From Antedon mediterranea (lineage: Eukaryota > Animalia > Echinodermata): DNA of 64,000 nucleotides. The stretch lies in assembly GCF_964355755.1 (NCBI RefSeq), contig NC_092672.1, positions 31,130,437 to 31,194,436 on the forward strand, read 5' to 3'. The notes under the pieces were generated by a model. It was given only the letters and a program-made list of their open reading frames with translations, was not told the origin of the DNA and made no database searches. A program made the translations under genes and the position numbers. Of the stretch, positions 32,466 through 45,800 are shown in pieces (positions within the stretch are counted from its first letter, which is position 1; the number at the start of each line of letters is the position of its first letter).

Positions 32466-33892
32466 GGCTTGTCGTGATTGGCCTAGAGAAAATTAATATG
32501 CTAAGTAGTGCGTTTCAGGAGCTCGTTGTGTAAGCGTCTTACTCCGATCGAATCATGGTCAGGTATAGTTTTTTATTATTAAATCCAATACCAGACATAA
32601 GTTATTCACATTATTCAATATTACTTTAAAAACAATTAGATATATATTTTTTGTCTTGTACGAGTTCATTTCATGTTTATTTAAATTCTCAGACAAACAT
32701 TATATACAGTATATATGTACATTTGTGACAATTAAAGTAAGTAGTTAAAATACTGGTAAATTTATATAAGATGATTGAATTCATTGACAAAATGGATAAA
32801 ATGAAAAAAGAACAATGCAAAAGTTTGAAAGTTAGATATTTAGAATGATAGTATTGAATGATATATTTAATGAAAACCATATTAAGGTTAGAGTCCATAT
32901 GCTGTGCACTTGCAATTGATTGTCTTGTGGTTGCCCTGTTGCATTTCTTCTCAGCTTTTACAATCTTTTTTCATACATGCATAAAATGGAATAAAATAAA
33001 TATCAATCAATAAATTAACTGTACAGTATCCACTTACATCAAAACTTATCCATCCTAATATTTCTTAGATCATTACACTAACCCGTTTGACATGTTACAG
33101 ACATCACTTTATTTGATTACAATCTATTTTATTTATTTTATTTACTTTATTTTATTTTATTTTATTCAGTCAAAACCAACAGCGATAAATACCGCAACTA
33201 ACAGGTCTGAAACATAAAACAATACAACATCAAACAAATACCAAACTCTGCAATTTATAGCGACATTATAGAGGTTCACCATCCCCTCCCTCATTGTACA
33301 GTATACATTTTTGCATATCTACACTCTTGGTTTTATGGTAGACATTGTTTTGAGATCGAGGTTGGTGTACTTGCTCATTGTTATCTCTTTTTAAAATCAA
33401 GAATTTGACATTTAATATTGAATTTTATTAAAATACAGTACAGTCCGGGAAAAAAGGTTTTCCTGCTTTCTATCAGATAATCTATATTGCTTTAAAAACT
33501 CTTGTAACAAATGACCACAGTGCTGATTTTGCCATTTTTCCTCTGAGTAAGCATGGTAAACTAGATTTACCATATGAATTGACAATGCATGCTGATATAA
33601 ATATAGGTTAGATACATACAGGTACTGTAGCCTACACGCTCAGACTTTCAACCAATTGTCAATTTCAAAATATTACTTAATTAAATACAATGCTGTATGG
33701 TATTCAATCATTAATTACAGGGAAATGTGCAGATTCTTAGAGTTGCTGTTTCTTTAAAAACCTATTCTGGAAAATATATGTATCAAAACTATGCGATTTA
33801 AAGTGCTGTATTAAATATTCAATTATTTTCCTTAAAGACCAAATGTAAGTTAAATTTAATGTTTACATCTTACCTTAGATACTCATCCTGTA

Positions 33893-36800
33893 TCATCCAA
33901 CCATAAATGCAACCAAACTACATATTAATATTAAAACCATGAGTACCAGTATCAACCTTGAAAATGTAAAAAAAAAATGTATATATATATATATAAATCC
34001 AAAGGCAAATTACTGAAAAAAATGACAATGCTGTGGGTATCAGTGTCTGGATCTCAATGGAGATACAAAAATAAAAAGCGAAAAGCTAAATCAAAACGAT
34101 AAAGTAAACAGCCAGAAAAGTTAGCAGAGCTTTCGGGCAACACTAGCCCTTCATCAGTGCAAGTGAAGGAATTTGGATAACGTCATATATATATATATAT
34201 ATGAGTCTCTGTTGGGGCGAGTTTTTCTCATTCTCACAGATTTCCTCATCTCTATCGTTTCAAATTAATTAATTAAGTTTTAGTATATCACCGGGCGGTT
34301 TAGAATTAATGTTCTTTGCCTAATGTGTTTATATATATATATATGAGTTTGTGCACGCTTTGTGTTCATAATCAGTGTAACATGTCCTGCATATAACTGG
34401 CTCAGCCTATTGTGCCAGCTCTGTGGTACATATCATTTCGAAACTTGAGCTGCACTGACGAGATCTAATAAGATCGAAACAGTACTGTCTGCAGATTGGA
34501 TATATATTTTTTTTTTTTACCATGTTTTTGTCATGCCCATTTTCAAATTGTTAAATGCATAACTCATGGCTGAACTGCATGATAGCAGACTTAATGTGGT
34601 TCTCCTGATCGTTTTCTTGAGCACTAACAGACAAACAGACAGAAACATTTTGGGTAGATTCTGGTCTTTTCACTTACCATTTTCCATAAACTGAATTAGA
34701 ATAAGAATTCAAATAAGAGATGAAAGAAGACCGAATTGATTTTATCCATAACATCAACCAATGCTGTCAAAGATAGAGAGGAGACACATAAAGCATGTTA
34801 TCCAATATACAAATATATTTGCATGATTAAACATTCCTGAGTCCAATTGATTACCCAATTTTTCATGTCACAAAAAGTAGATGAGAATAGTATGAATTAT
34901 AGTCAATGTTTTTAATTCGTCTAGTGGAAAACCAGCTTTAACAACCTTGGAAGATACATAATTTACTTTAGAATCAAATTAAACAAGCAAGGAAATTCCA
35001 GCAACGAATATATGCATGCATTTTATGGTTTGATAATTATTTTAATGCATTTGTACTAAATGTACTAAAATTATCAAAACTGAAATATCTGCAAAAAAAC
35101 AATTGATATCAGTACCAATTCATTTTCATCTCTCAGCATCTCAAATGTTCTCGTCTTGCTTAATTCAATATTAAACTTAGATAAATCCAATAAATAATTT
35201 TGTAAGCGTTTTTCATTGTCTTCTTTGTCATCAAGTTTCCACCCTCCTGGCAGCCAATCAAACTTCAGCTTGTTAATTTTTTTCCTCCAAACTAAAGCAA
35301 CCTAAATATAAAAGAATCAAAATGATTTTTTTAACCAAAGTATTGTTGTACAGGAAGCCTGGCTTGATTGGTTTCCAATCAGGGACACATGTCTTGTGTC
35401 TTTCCAATCAGGGATTGGACACTGGATTGAGATAGAATGACCTGGCTTGACATGCTGTGAAAATCACAGCCACATCAGCAACGGCCTCTGGATGCAGAAA
35501 TGGGTGGGGCGACGGCACTCTAACTTTCTGTTTCACTGATTTTGAAGTAACCAGTTAAAAGCTTGCCTTGAAATATTGATTTCATTGGGTCAAGTCAGAT
35601 GAACACTGTATAGCCAGAATCATTGTTAAACTATATTACTGTTACAGCAAGCTGTTAGCTACAACAAGGTAGTGTGTAGAATGTAATAATAGTGTACTCA
35701 TGTTAGAGAATGGTTAGCATTATTTTGCTGAACTATAGCCACAGACAAGTGGCAGGTGGGCTGCCAAAATAGGCCTAAAATGTGTTACTCTAGTTAAATT
35801 TGTTGATATGAGTGAAATTTATTTTATTTGTATTCTTTTCATAAGTAAAACACCAATTAGACCTTTAAGCACAGTATCAATTGAAAAACAGTGGTCTGAT
35901 TTTATACGTTAATGAAAAAACTACAGGGCCCTAAACAACAACAAAATATAGGGCGCAGAAAATTTACTCATGCCACATGCAAAGGTCGGGCTTTGGCAAC
36001 ATAAACAATGAATCTTTTAGGCCTAATGACACATTTAATGAAATAAAATTAAAATAAGCATTTAGGAACACACTCAGTCACTTACAGGTAGAATCTCTTG
36101 TTCAAAATTTACACCAAATTTGTCTTTGAAAGCTGTTTGTGTCTCTTCATAAACATACATGAACTTTGTCCCCTGTGGGAATAAAGCTGTATTCATGGCA
36201 ACTTTTCCGAATGTTCTTAGAAACTCATCATGTTTTCCTTTTTGTGTGAACAGGATAACACAAATTCTATAAAAAAAAAATAATAATAATAAAATACATC
36301 AATTATGAAGTTTTAAGTATTTTATATAATTATTAATAATTGATGTGTTTTCTACCAAAATATGAAAACTAGAGATGAATAAAATCAAATTGTTATGCCA
36401 TTTTGTAGTTATTATTATTATTATTATCACTTTTGCCATTGCCAAAGAAACACAAAATGGTGATTTTGAAGTGAAAATAAAATGTTTGTTTTTCTGTTTT
36501 TGTTAATTGCTTTAAATTATGGGGTTTTTTTTTTGTTTCGATGTAATAAGTTTAGTCAGAGTGAATAACTAATATTATGCGACATTAAAATAGCAGGAAT
36601 TTAAAAAAAAAAAAAAAAAAAATTTTTATTATTTTTTTTTTTTTCAATTTTATACAAGCCAATTATTTTGCAGTTTTTAAATTTACTAAAGAAGGAGTCA
36701 TGTATATATTGATGTAAATTACTAAAGTGCAGTAATATGCTGTAACAGCTTTCCCATCAATTCAATCAAACAAATTATCAACACTTACCTGCCAGTTTTC

Positions 36801-39800
36801 TTGGTTGACGAGACAGGGCAAAGGTCATCAAACACTTGTTGTGATGTGAGTCGTGGAGCGTATAGATACATATTCTTGATAATAATTTCATGCATTCGCT
36901 GTAACATTGTAGACTAAAATGAATTAAAAAAATCAATAGAATTTAGAACTAAATAGAAATTACCTTTATTGATCCTTTTGGAAAATTCATTGTTCGTATA
37001 AAAATATAAATATATAGATAAAGATACATCATGTGTTATTGAAATTATGTGTTTAATGATTATGGCTTGGTGATTAGAATTTCTCAGCAGTACTCGCATT
37101 AATTAATTTCGACTATGGCTTTGTTTTAAGATTATCCAAAGGCTTTACAGTACTTAAATTGTTAGTTAATTTATAAAAATATAAAAATTCCTTCAAATTA
37201 ATTATACCTCTAATTATAGACTAAAATTAAGAAACCATCCTATTAAAGACCACTTCATCAGAGACTAGGCCATTCAGAATCTGCTATTAAGAACTAACAA
37301 CAAAAGATACTTTAAAATATACTCAAACATCCTCCAAATAAAAAATCCCAACAACAAGTTAAAAAAAGCATTACTGATAAAGAGTCCCTCAAATGACTCA
37401 ATTCTAAATGAGCCGTGTATTGCTCAGTATCTTCCTTAAACACCATGAGGCATGTACTATTCACATCATAGTGTCTTCGCATGGTGTTTACTTGACTCTT
37501 GAAGCTGGCAAAGCCAAACGCCATTTTATCTCTGAATTTATACGCTGTTGTTAAGTAGAGAAGTGACGGGGAAGCTTTACGCGAGAAGAGTAACGTCCGA
37601 GGGCGGTTGTCGGAATATCCAGCTAGGAAGTTTTTATAGTTGTCATCGTCAACCTGAAAAAAAGTTAATTTTTAAATAGATAATGTCTTGGGGCCTGTTT
37701 CTGCTGAGCAGAAATAATCGATTATTAACCGTTTATTTTTTTAATCGATTATTTTTGGGCAGCAGATACGGCGCAAAAAAAATAACCGATTAAAAATAAC
37801 CGATTAAAAACACTCAATCCATTGCGTGTTTTAATCGATTATTTCTCGTTTTAACCGATTATTGCGGAGCAGTTTTGAGCTGCAACACAAATAGTGATTA
37901 TTGACCTCACTTTGACCTCTAGAGTATGACAAACTTATTCACGTCACAAAGCATGCTGTTTATTATATCGATATAGCGATATCGACGACGATCAGCAAAA
38001 CCACGATCGCGATGTAGAGACCGAATAACAATCAAATGTTAAACATTTGATTTTTATTATTTTGTGGGGGAGAATTATACCGAGAGACTTCAGGATTCTG
38101 TGTTACAAGTACACCCGTTACATACCACCAGTCCAGGTTAACGATGTTTTACATGTCATTTTTAGGCCTGTTGTCTGTTGACTTGTTTCGGTAGAAATAT
38201 ATAGCCTCTATAGGCCTAGCAGGCCGAAGGTAGAACCAACGAACGGCGAAACGAACTTTTTTCGCCGATGTGTCCTTATCAATATAACATCATTATTCTG
38301 TTGTATGTGGTGCGGTAGTAGGCCTAAGATGTTTATTTTACAAATAATATAGCTTTACGTAAGAGTAACTTTTAATCCTACATTTGAGAGTTTTAGGCAG
38401 CGATAGGATGTAAACAAACTCTCATCGGCCTTTCATAACTTGAACTGCGCTGTGGAGGAGGAATGATGACGTGATTTAAAAAACCGATTACCTGAATAAC
38501 CAATTAGTCGTAGCAATTTTCAATTGCAACGCGATTATTTTTGTGGTTTGCGGTGACTGGAAAAAATCGATTATTTTGATTTTTTCAGCAGAAACAGACC
38601 CTATGTCAATCATTAATTGTTCCTTGATATTTCAGGTTCTGTATATTTTTTCACCATTAAACACTAAACCAGGGAAGAAATACCTTCTCAATGTTTGTAG
38701 TGGGAAATATACTAATGGCAAACGCCTTTAGGCTGTCAATGTTGATAACGGTCTGCGACCCCAAGTAGTAAATCGTTTCATCAAGAACACCAACAATCGA
38801 AGGAATTTTATTGACACCAAGAATGAGCACTAACTGCCGGTCAAGATCAACATGGACGGTAGCAATACCAATACCTATGCAAAATTATTGTATTAATATA
38901 ATTATCAATTGTATGTTTCAGTTTTTATTTCACACAACATATTACAATTTATATATACATTTGTACTTATAAATAATAATAATACATTTGCTTGTGTGTG
39001 GATATTACATATATATTTGGCCCAGCAAATTATAATGCAAAAGATAGGACACTTTTAGTTTAAGTTCGGCACTAAAAAAAAATTGCCATTTTTAATAGGG
39101 TGAATGCACCAGCATTGTAAATACAAATCTAAGTTTAAATTTAGATAGCAATAGACCACAAATAAAAAGTAAAATAATGATAAACATATTGTAAAATAGA
39201 AGCACAGAAATATAACTTACCAGCCTTCTCCAATTTCTTTACATTACTCTCCCAAATTCTTTCTTCTTCATGATGTAGAAAATCACGTTCTGTGACCAGC
39301 AGCAGAAACGCTTTTTTACGACTCACAGGTAGGATAAGGTCATAGTAAATGTCGAAAGTTACAAACAGTGAGGTCCTTTCTTTAAAAGTAAAGTTATCAT
39401 TTGCTTGGAATGTGTTGTGGTTTTGCACCTTCTGGCGGTCATCATATTGTCGTCGCTTTCCTTCATTTGAAAGAATCTATATAAGGCACCAAAAACAGTA
39501 AGTTTGGCACAGAACTTTTGTAACAAACAATTATAAAACACAAACAATTACCATAACACCAATTGTGTTTAAAGAAAAGAATCTTTCATAAAAATACAAA
39601 TTCTACTACTATTTTATAGTGCAATACATCAATAAATATCTGAATTTAATTAATTAATATACAAATAATGAATGTTTATGAGTGCAATGGTACAAATAAT
39701 GGCACGAGGTGAATGATGAAAGGTTATATCAACGAGGCAAAGCCGAGTTGATATAACCTTTCATCATTCACCAAGTGCCATTATTTGTACCATTACACGA

Positions 39801-42800
39801 ATACAAAACATTCATTATTTGTTTTATATAACATCTAGACGTTTTTTTTTCGTACACAAAAATGTTTCAAAAAGTACTATTTAACGATCGTTGAATAGTG
39901 CGTACTATTGCACACCATGTGACCCACATTCGTCCAATCAAATGACAGGAATTTATATAGGTGTTATATAATTAACAATAACAGCCATTTTATCAGTTTA
40001 TAATTTACCATTCATTCCTCCTCATACTCGAGGACCCCTTCTGAAACAAGCTCTTGAGCTTAAAGGGTTATCCTCTGCTATTCCATATATTGTAACTTAT
40101 TTTTCTTGTAATGTTGTACAAATTGTTTGATCTGTCTACTTTTTTATATGGATGGCAATAAATATTACAATTACAATATATACTCCTTAGTAACATAAAT
40201 TAATTAATGCATGAACATTTTAAAACAAATGGTATTCATATAACTAAAAATAATCAATTTAAGATTAGTCAGGAACATTAAATAATATAAAACAAACTGT
40301 GAAACAAGTGAGGCAATAGATGGAGAACTCGTATGATCGAGTTCATGTCGATTTAGGAAGCTGGGCCTAGATCACATTTTAGGGTATTTTTTAAGTAGAA
40401 ATCTGGGGGAAAATCTATACGGTAGGCATAGCACAGGTAAGACCAATTAGGCCGCCTAGGTCTAGATGGCCTGGCTGTCTAATTGCTATAGGCCTAGCCT
40501 ACAGTACATCGGAATATAGCTTTAGAGCGTAGCTAGAAGAAATATCTTCATTTTCAATTCATGCAGTGGGAAATCCCCGGGTATAGTCCCACCTCCCAAA
40601 TTCGGGCAAAAAAAACAAGGGGGGTGGGATTATACCCGGCGAACTACGGTATTACTATTATATGAAATTGGGTACACAATACTGAATAAAGAGGTAAATC
40701 GACCCACTGTTGTCAGAATGATAAAAAAATCTAGTTAATTTAATTTAAATAATTTAATAACATATTGAATACGACATAATGCTTAGATAGATAGTAATCA
40801 AAAAGTAAATATTTTATTTTAATAATTTTATGATAATGTATAGTGTACCGTTCGTTATTTTGATGTTTTATATGTTTATGTCTTACTAATTATGTAAATA
40901 TTGTGGTTTTAGCCTTTGGACTATTTTTATGTTGAGTATTGACTAAATATACTGTATATACAGTACATACATATTAATGCAGTAAACAATGTAGACATGA
41001 TCACTAATTCAAATCAAACTAATTTTAAATACCTCTTTCGTCTAATGTGCAATAGGTACTCTCAATTGAATGAATTTTAAACATTTTATTGGTTGTTGGT
41101 TGATTTTCCCCTTATGTTTTGTATGACTATTTCGTGTTTGAATGCTTTTTGTATAATTTTGTATTACTTAATGTATTGATATTTTTCCAGGGTTGTCTCT
41201 TATGTTTTAGTTTTTGTGTACTTTTTATACAGTATTTTCGTAAATGCAACACTTTCAGCTTCTGCTGCTTTTTCTATATATGTTTTTTATACCGAAATAA
41301 ATAAATAAAAAAAACATCATAACAGAGTTGATTACAGTTGCATTTTTACCTCCTGTGTATTTGCCTCTTTCAATTTATTTATATACATTTTGTATTGCAC
41401 AATTTCACCAAATTTTTCTTCTACATTATGACAACAATTGAAATAAATATGTACATGCCCTTGAACAAATTTTGCTATGAATTGTCTATGGGGGGTCTCC
41501 AACATAAAGGAATCCAAATGTATAACATATTGTCATTGGAATAGCATACCTCATAGGCATTGTTTAATGCAACAAATCTTCTACCTGAATCAGGATCGTC
41601 ATTTTTATCTGGATGCCTAAAAGAAAACAATTAAGGTTTATTTACACCAATCTCATCCACTGGTACAGTAGTGGCTGCTTCCAATTATGGGTAATAATAT
41701 TAATAATTAAATTACTATCTCTGGGCTCGCACTGGCCGATCGCCAAGTCGCCATGGGCGAAAACGTTTCCAGATTGGCGAAAAATAAAACGGTTACTTAG
41801 CCATTTTGGTGATGACATATGATAAAATAGATAATTAAATAATCATTTTGGCGAAAGCATTAAGTTCAACTAAAAGGTCCATTTTTCGATCTCCAAGCAT
41901 TTATTTTGTTCGTTATCACGTTGTTTACTTCAAGCTCCATTTTTCGTCAACTTGTTTCGTTGTACCAGGCGTCTCTTTGTTATTTAAAAAAGATGGAGAT
42001 AGCAGAGGTAGACTGCACAGAGAGACAGACGTTAGACGACACATGGATGATGAAGGGCCTGTTTCTGCTGCAACTGCTCAAAATACGGTATAAAAATACG
42101 GTATAAAATACGGTATTTTTTATACCGTATTTTTTAGTACCCCGTTTCTGCTAACAATACTTTTTGGGTGGTCGTGTTAAATTTCATCTTTTTTACCCAA
42201 ATTGCCATTCATTTATTTGATCGATAATTAAAAGTCGCAATAAAGGAAGTTTTACGTCTCACTTTCAACAGCCTAGCCCTAGTGATAGAGATGTTGTGAG
42301 AGCACAGAAAACATGGTAATGGGGACAATTAATTCGTTCCCTCCCCGAGTTATTGTATTTTGCATTGTTGTACTGCTTTCGCAGGCTCTTCAGCTTTGAG
42401 TTTACTTGCTTTGGAGACAAGTCTATTCCATACTCCTGCTTTATTTTTTTTAGAAATGTCTTTATAAATGTGGTTGTCCCTTTTATTACCTTTTAGTTGG
42501 CCAGACATTTTAGCTTCCCCACACAAATTTATTTAGTAAAACTGTGACGTCTTCGCTCCACATTTTCGCCGAATATATATATACACGTGTGTAAAACAGC
42601 TGACAGCGACAGAAAATAAAAACACGAATGTTGACCTTTTGTCATGTAAAAAAAAATACGGTATTTTTTATTGGCAGCAGAAACGGGTACAAAAAATACG
42701 GTATAAATTTGTAAATACCGTATTTTATCCACAAATTTTGTGGGGAAAATATGATATACAAAATACGGTATATTTTTTATGAGCGCAGTTTCTGCTGCCA

Positions 42801-45800
42801 AAAATATACCGTATATATACGGTATTAAAAAAATACCGTATAATATACGGTATTTAGTTGGCAGCAGAAACAGGGCCGAAGTCTACCCAAACTATCACGT
42901 GTTGTGCGCTGCACAAACGACTATGTAGGCTAATTACCGGGTTGTCTATTTTTCGATAGGGGTGTACTTTTCAGATTAAAAAGAAACATTATAGTAATAT
43001 CTTCGATGAATGACGTCTTAATCTTATCGAAATCAAAAATGTATGCGTTATGCATTTTAGAGTCTTCCAATTTAATGTAGTTTTATATTTTACCATAAAC
43101 TTCCCTCGTGCGTCAGTGTAAACAAAACAACATGCGGGAAATGGTAGAGTCTAACAGGGATTTAGCTAAACACACACGTGTACCTGAGCGGGACCGGCCG
43201 CCGGCTTCTGTGTTGATGTGTAAATAAATAATAATCGGTATAAATTTCTCGCCCCGACAGAAACGCTTCGGCGCAGCCTTGAGGGATGGAAAGACGTGTA
43301 CTCTGTGCTTAATTTTGTAGGCCTAGGCCGGCGGTTCTGCACTTTCGCACCTCTTGAGCATACCCAATTTAAAAACATTAACCCGCTGCGCGGCGGTGAT
43401 GCTGAGTGACCGTGAAGGACACGATTTTCGCCTGGTACGCAATGGAAGCCGTCACACACAAACATGACCAGCCAAGCGTAAAAAACAAAAGTAACATAGC
43501 GTTCAGGGGATTTCAGAAAACTGTAAAATGTTTATTATTAAATTGATTAAACTGTATGAATGCTGTATGATTAAAAACAATTTGAACAATTGTTTTGATC
43601 ATGTAAAAAAAATACCAAAAAAATATTATTTATTTTAATCATACAGTGATTTAGGCATGTTTCTTTATCTCAATGCTTTACAAAAACGTTCAGGGAACAG
43701 TGTATAGACCTGTTGACATAGATAAATTGACTAAAATGTTTTTACCATTATATTTCAACAATTTTAAATTTTGGCTAAAAACCGATTCATTTGGCTAAAA
43801 AAAAAATGTTGACTTTCGCCAAATGGCTAAACAAAATGAAATGTTAGTGCTACCCCAGTATCTGTTTGTTTAAAATTTAGTTAGACATCATTAAATACAG
43901 CAGAACACAGGAACATCCTATTTAGGGGACACCTCTAAAGGAAACTTTCCAATCAAACAAATGGGCAATATCACTAAGAGAAGGGAAAATGATCCATTTA
44001 TCACGTTTTCATTAGATAGGGCTAATTCAAACTCATCCAACATGTGATAAGTAATTGACCAATCAAATTGCAAGAATATAATCAGGTGTGTTGTAATAGG
44101 TAAATTAATGTTAGTATACAAATAATGAATGTTTATAAGTTGATAAGTTTGTTTATTTTGCTAAAAACATTGTACTTCCATGGTTCATGTATGAATGTTT
44201 ATGTAGGGCTATTGTATAGGCCTAAATACATTTTTATTTACAATTTATTTTTTTTAAAGTATAAGATGTGTACCTTTTGAAAATCATTTCATTTATTTGT
44301 ACATTTAAATGTCAGAAATTAGTTTAATTATATTATAATTAGTAGTAATAATTTGTATTTTCAAATAAAATTTGAAAACCAGTAGTAATATATTTTTTCA
44401 TTAGGAAAGGTTGAAAGGGTGAGTAAAAACAAAAATTCTTTAAAAAGTAATTAGGAAATTGAATTGAACCCACAACCATTTGATCCCTAGCCAGCCACAA
44501 TGCTATGCCACTACGCCAAGCAGCCGGCCGAACAGCTGCTCAACTTTTAACAACTGATATCATCAAGACTGCCACCCACTAGCAGCCCTCCACCTTAAAT
44601 ATGGAAATTGATTTTATAAGGACCAAATTAAAATAATATGTTACCGTTGTCAAGCACAACTGATATTGTAAACCTACAAATCAATCAATCATTTTTAAAG
44701 CGTCATTCCAACAATCATTGCTCACAGCGCTGTCAAAATCAGAATTGAGTTTTAGAAATACAGTACTACTAAATAAAAAGAATTAATAATTATAAAATAT
44801 AATAAATAGAATATTTAGAATAGGTTTAGGTAGTTTGGACTCTAGACTACTATACCTAGGGCCTACTTACTACTGGTCAGTAGCTATGCTAGTCTACACA
44901 GTGACAAAGGAAAAGTTTGGAAAATCAAGGTTTCCAGTTTGCTACAGTAGACTAAACTGTGCCAGAAGCAGACTAATGCACTTGTCAATTGTATGACCCA
45001 CTATACGACCCCCGGGAGAGGTGCGTCATTTGTCCGATGTGCGTCATACTTTTGAATACCATGACGCACCCGTGCGTCAAAAAGGTGACTTACCTTTAGG
45101 TGACCATGACGCACCCATTTTGACGCACTGTGACCATGTTGTTTATGATATGGTGGGTGGTAAAGTGACGGACATTGACACACCTTGTTCATTGATGTGA
45201 CGTACCATCTAGGTTTTTTGACGCACCCCTGCGTCAGTAATTATTTGTAAATGACGCACCCATGACGCACCTCTCCCGGGGGTCGTATAGTGAGTCATAC
45301 AATTGACAAGTGCATAACTTCGTGTGCTTATGGCAGTTTAATTATAATTATAACCATTTTCACATCACAAATGTATGTAGGCCTATGTGCTGCGATAATG
45401 CATGTTAGACAGGGAATTTCTGATCAGTGAAAACATGTAATTGTAACATAATATTAATAGTCGTAGAGGAAACCACTGCTGCCAGTATAGAGATGTGTAT
45501 TTCGATGTGAGACAGAAATTGACTGTACTAATACTATTGGTCACTATAGATACTATTTAGTATTGTATCTAAATTTTAATTATGCCTATTTTTCTCCGTA
45601 AAATATATTTTTCTTTTTCATTTCTTTATTGCAAGTGAAATTTCCAGTGATGTAGCGGACCATATTTTCAGCTGCAATCCATGGGACTATGTCTATGGTC
45701 TTGGACTACTACTACTAGGCCTACATATTTATGCCTATTAGTATTCGACGGCCTACATAGTTATGCCTATTAGTATTCGATAGCCTCTAGTTCTAGGGCG

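Larger units (their letters stand above)
27721..32555 (-). mobile_element. Apparently full-length non-LTR retrotransposon (CR1/L2 group, Crack-like)
   Basis: Two intact ORFs, a 3' UTR stem-loop (GGGAGTCAC...AAGTTCA-G-TGAACTT...GTGACTTCC, 27809-27850) and an AATAAA + (AAACG)n tail at 27721-27745. The 5' end is approximate and no clear TSD is seen. Confidence 0.9.
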
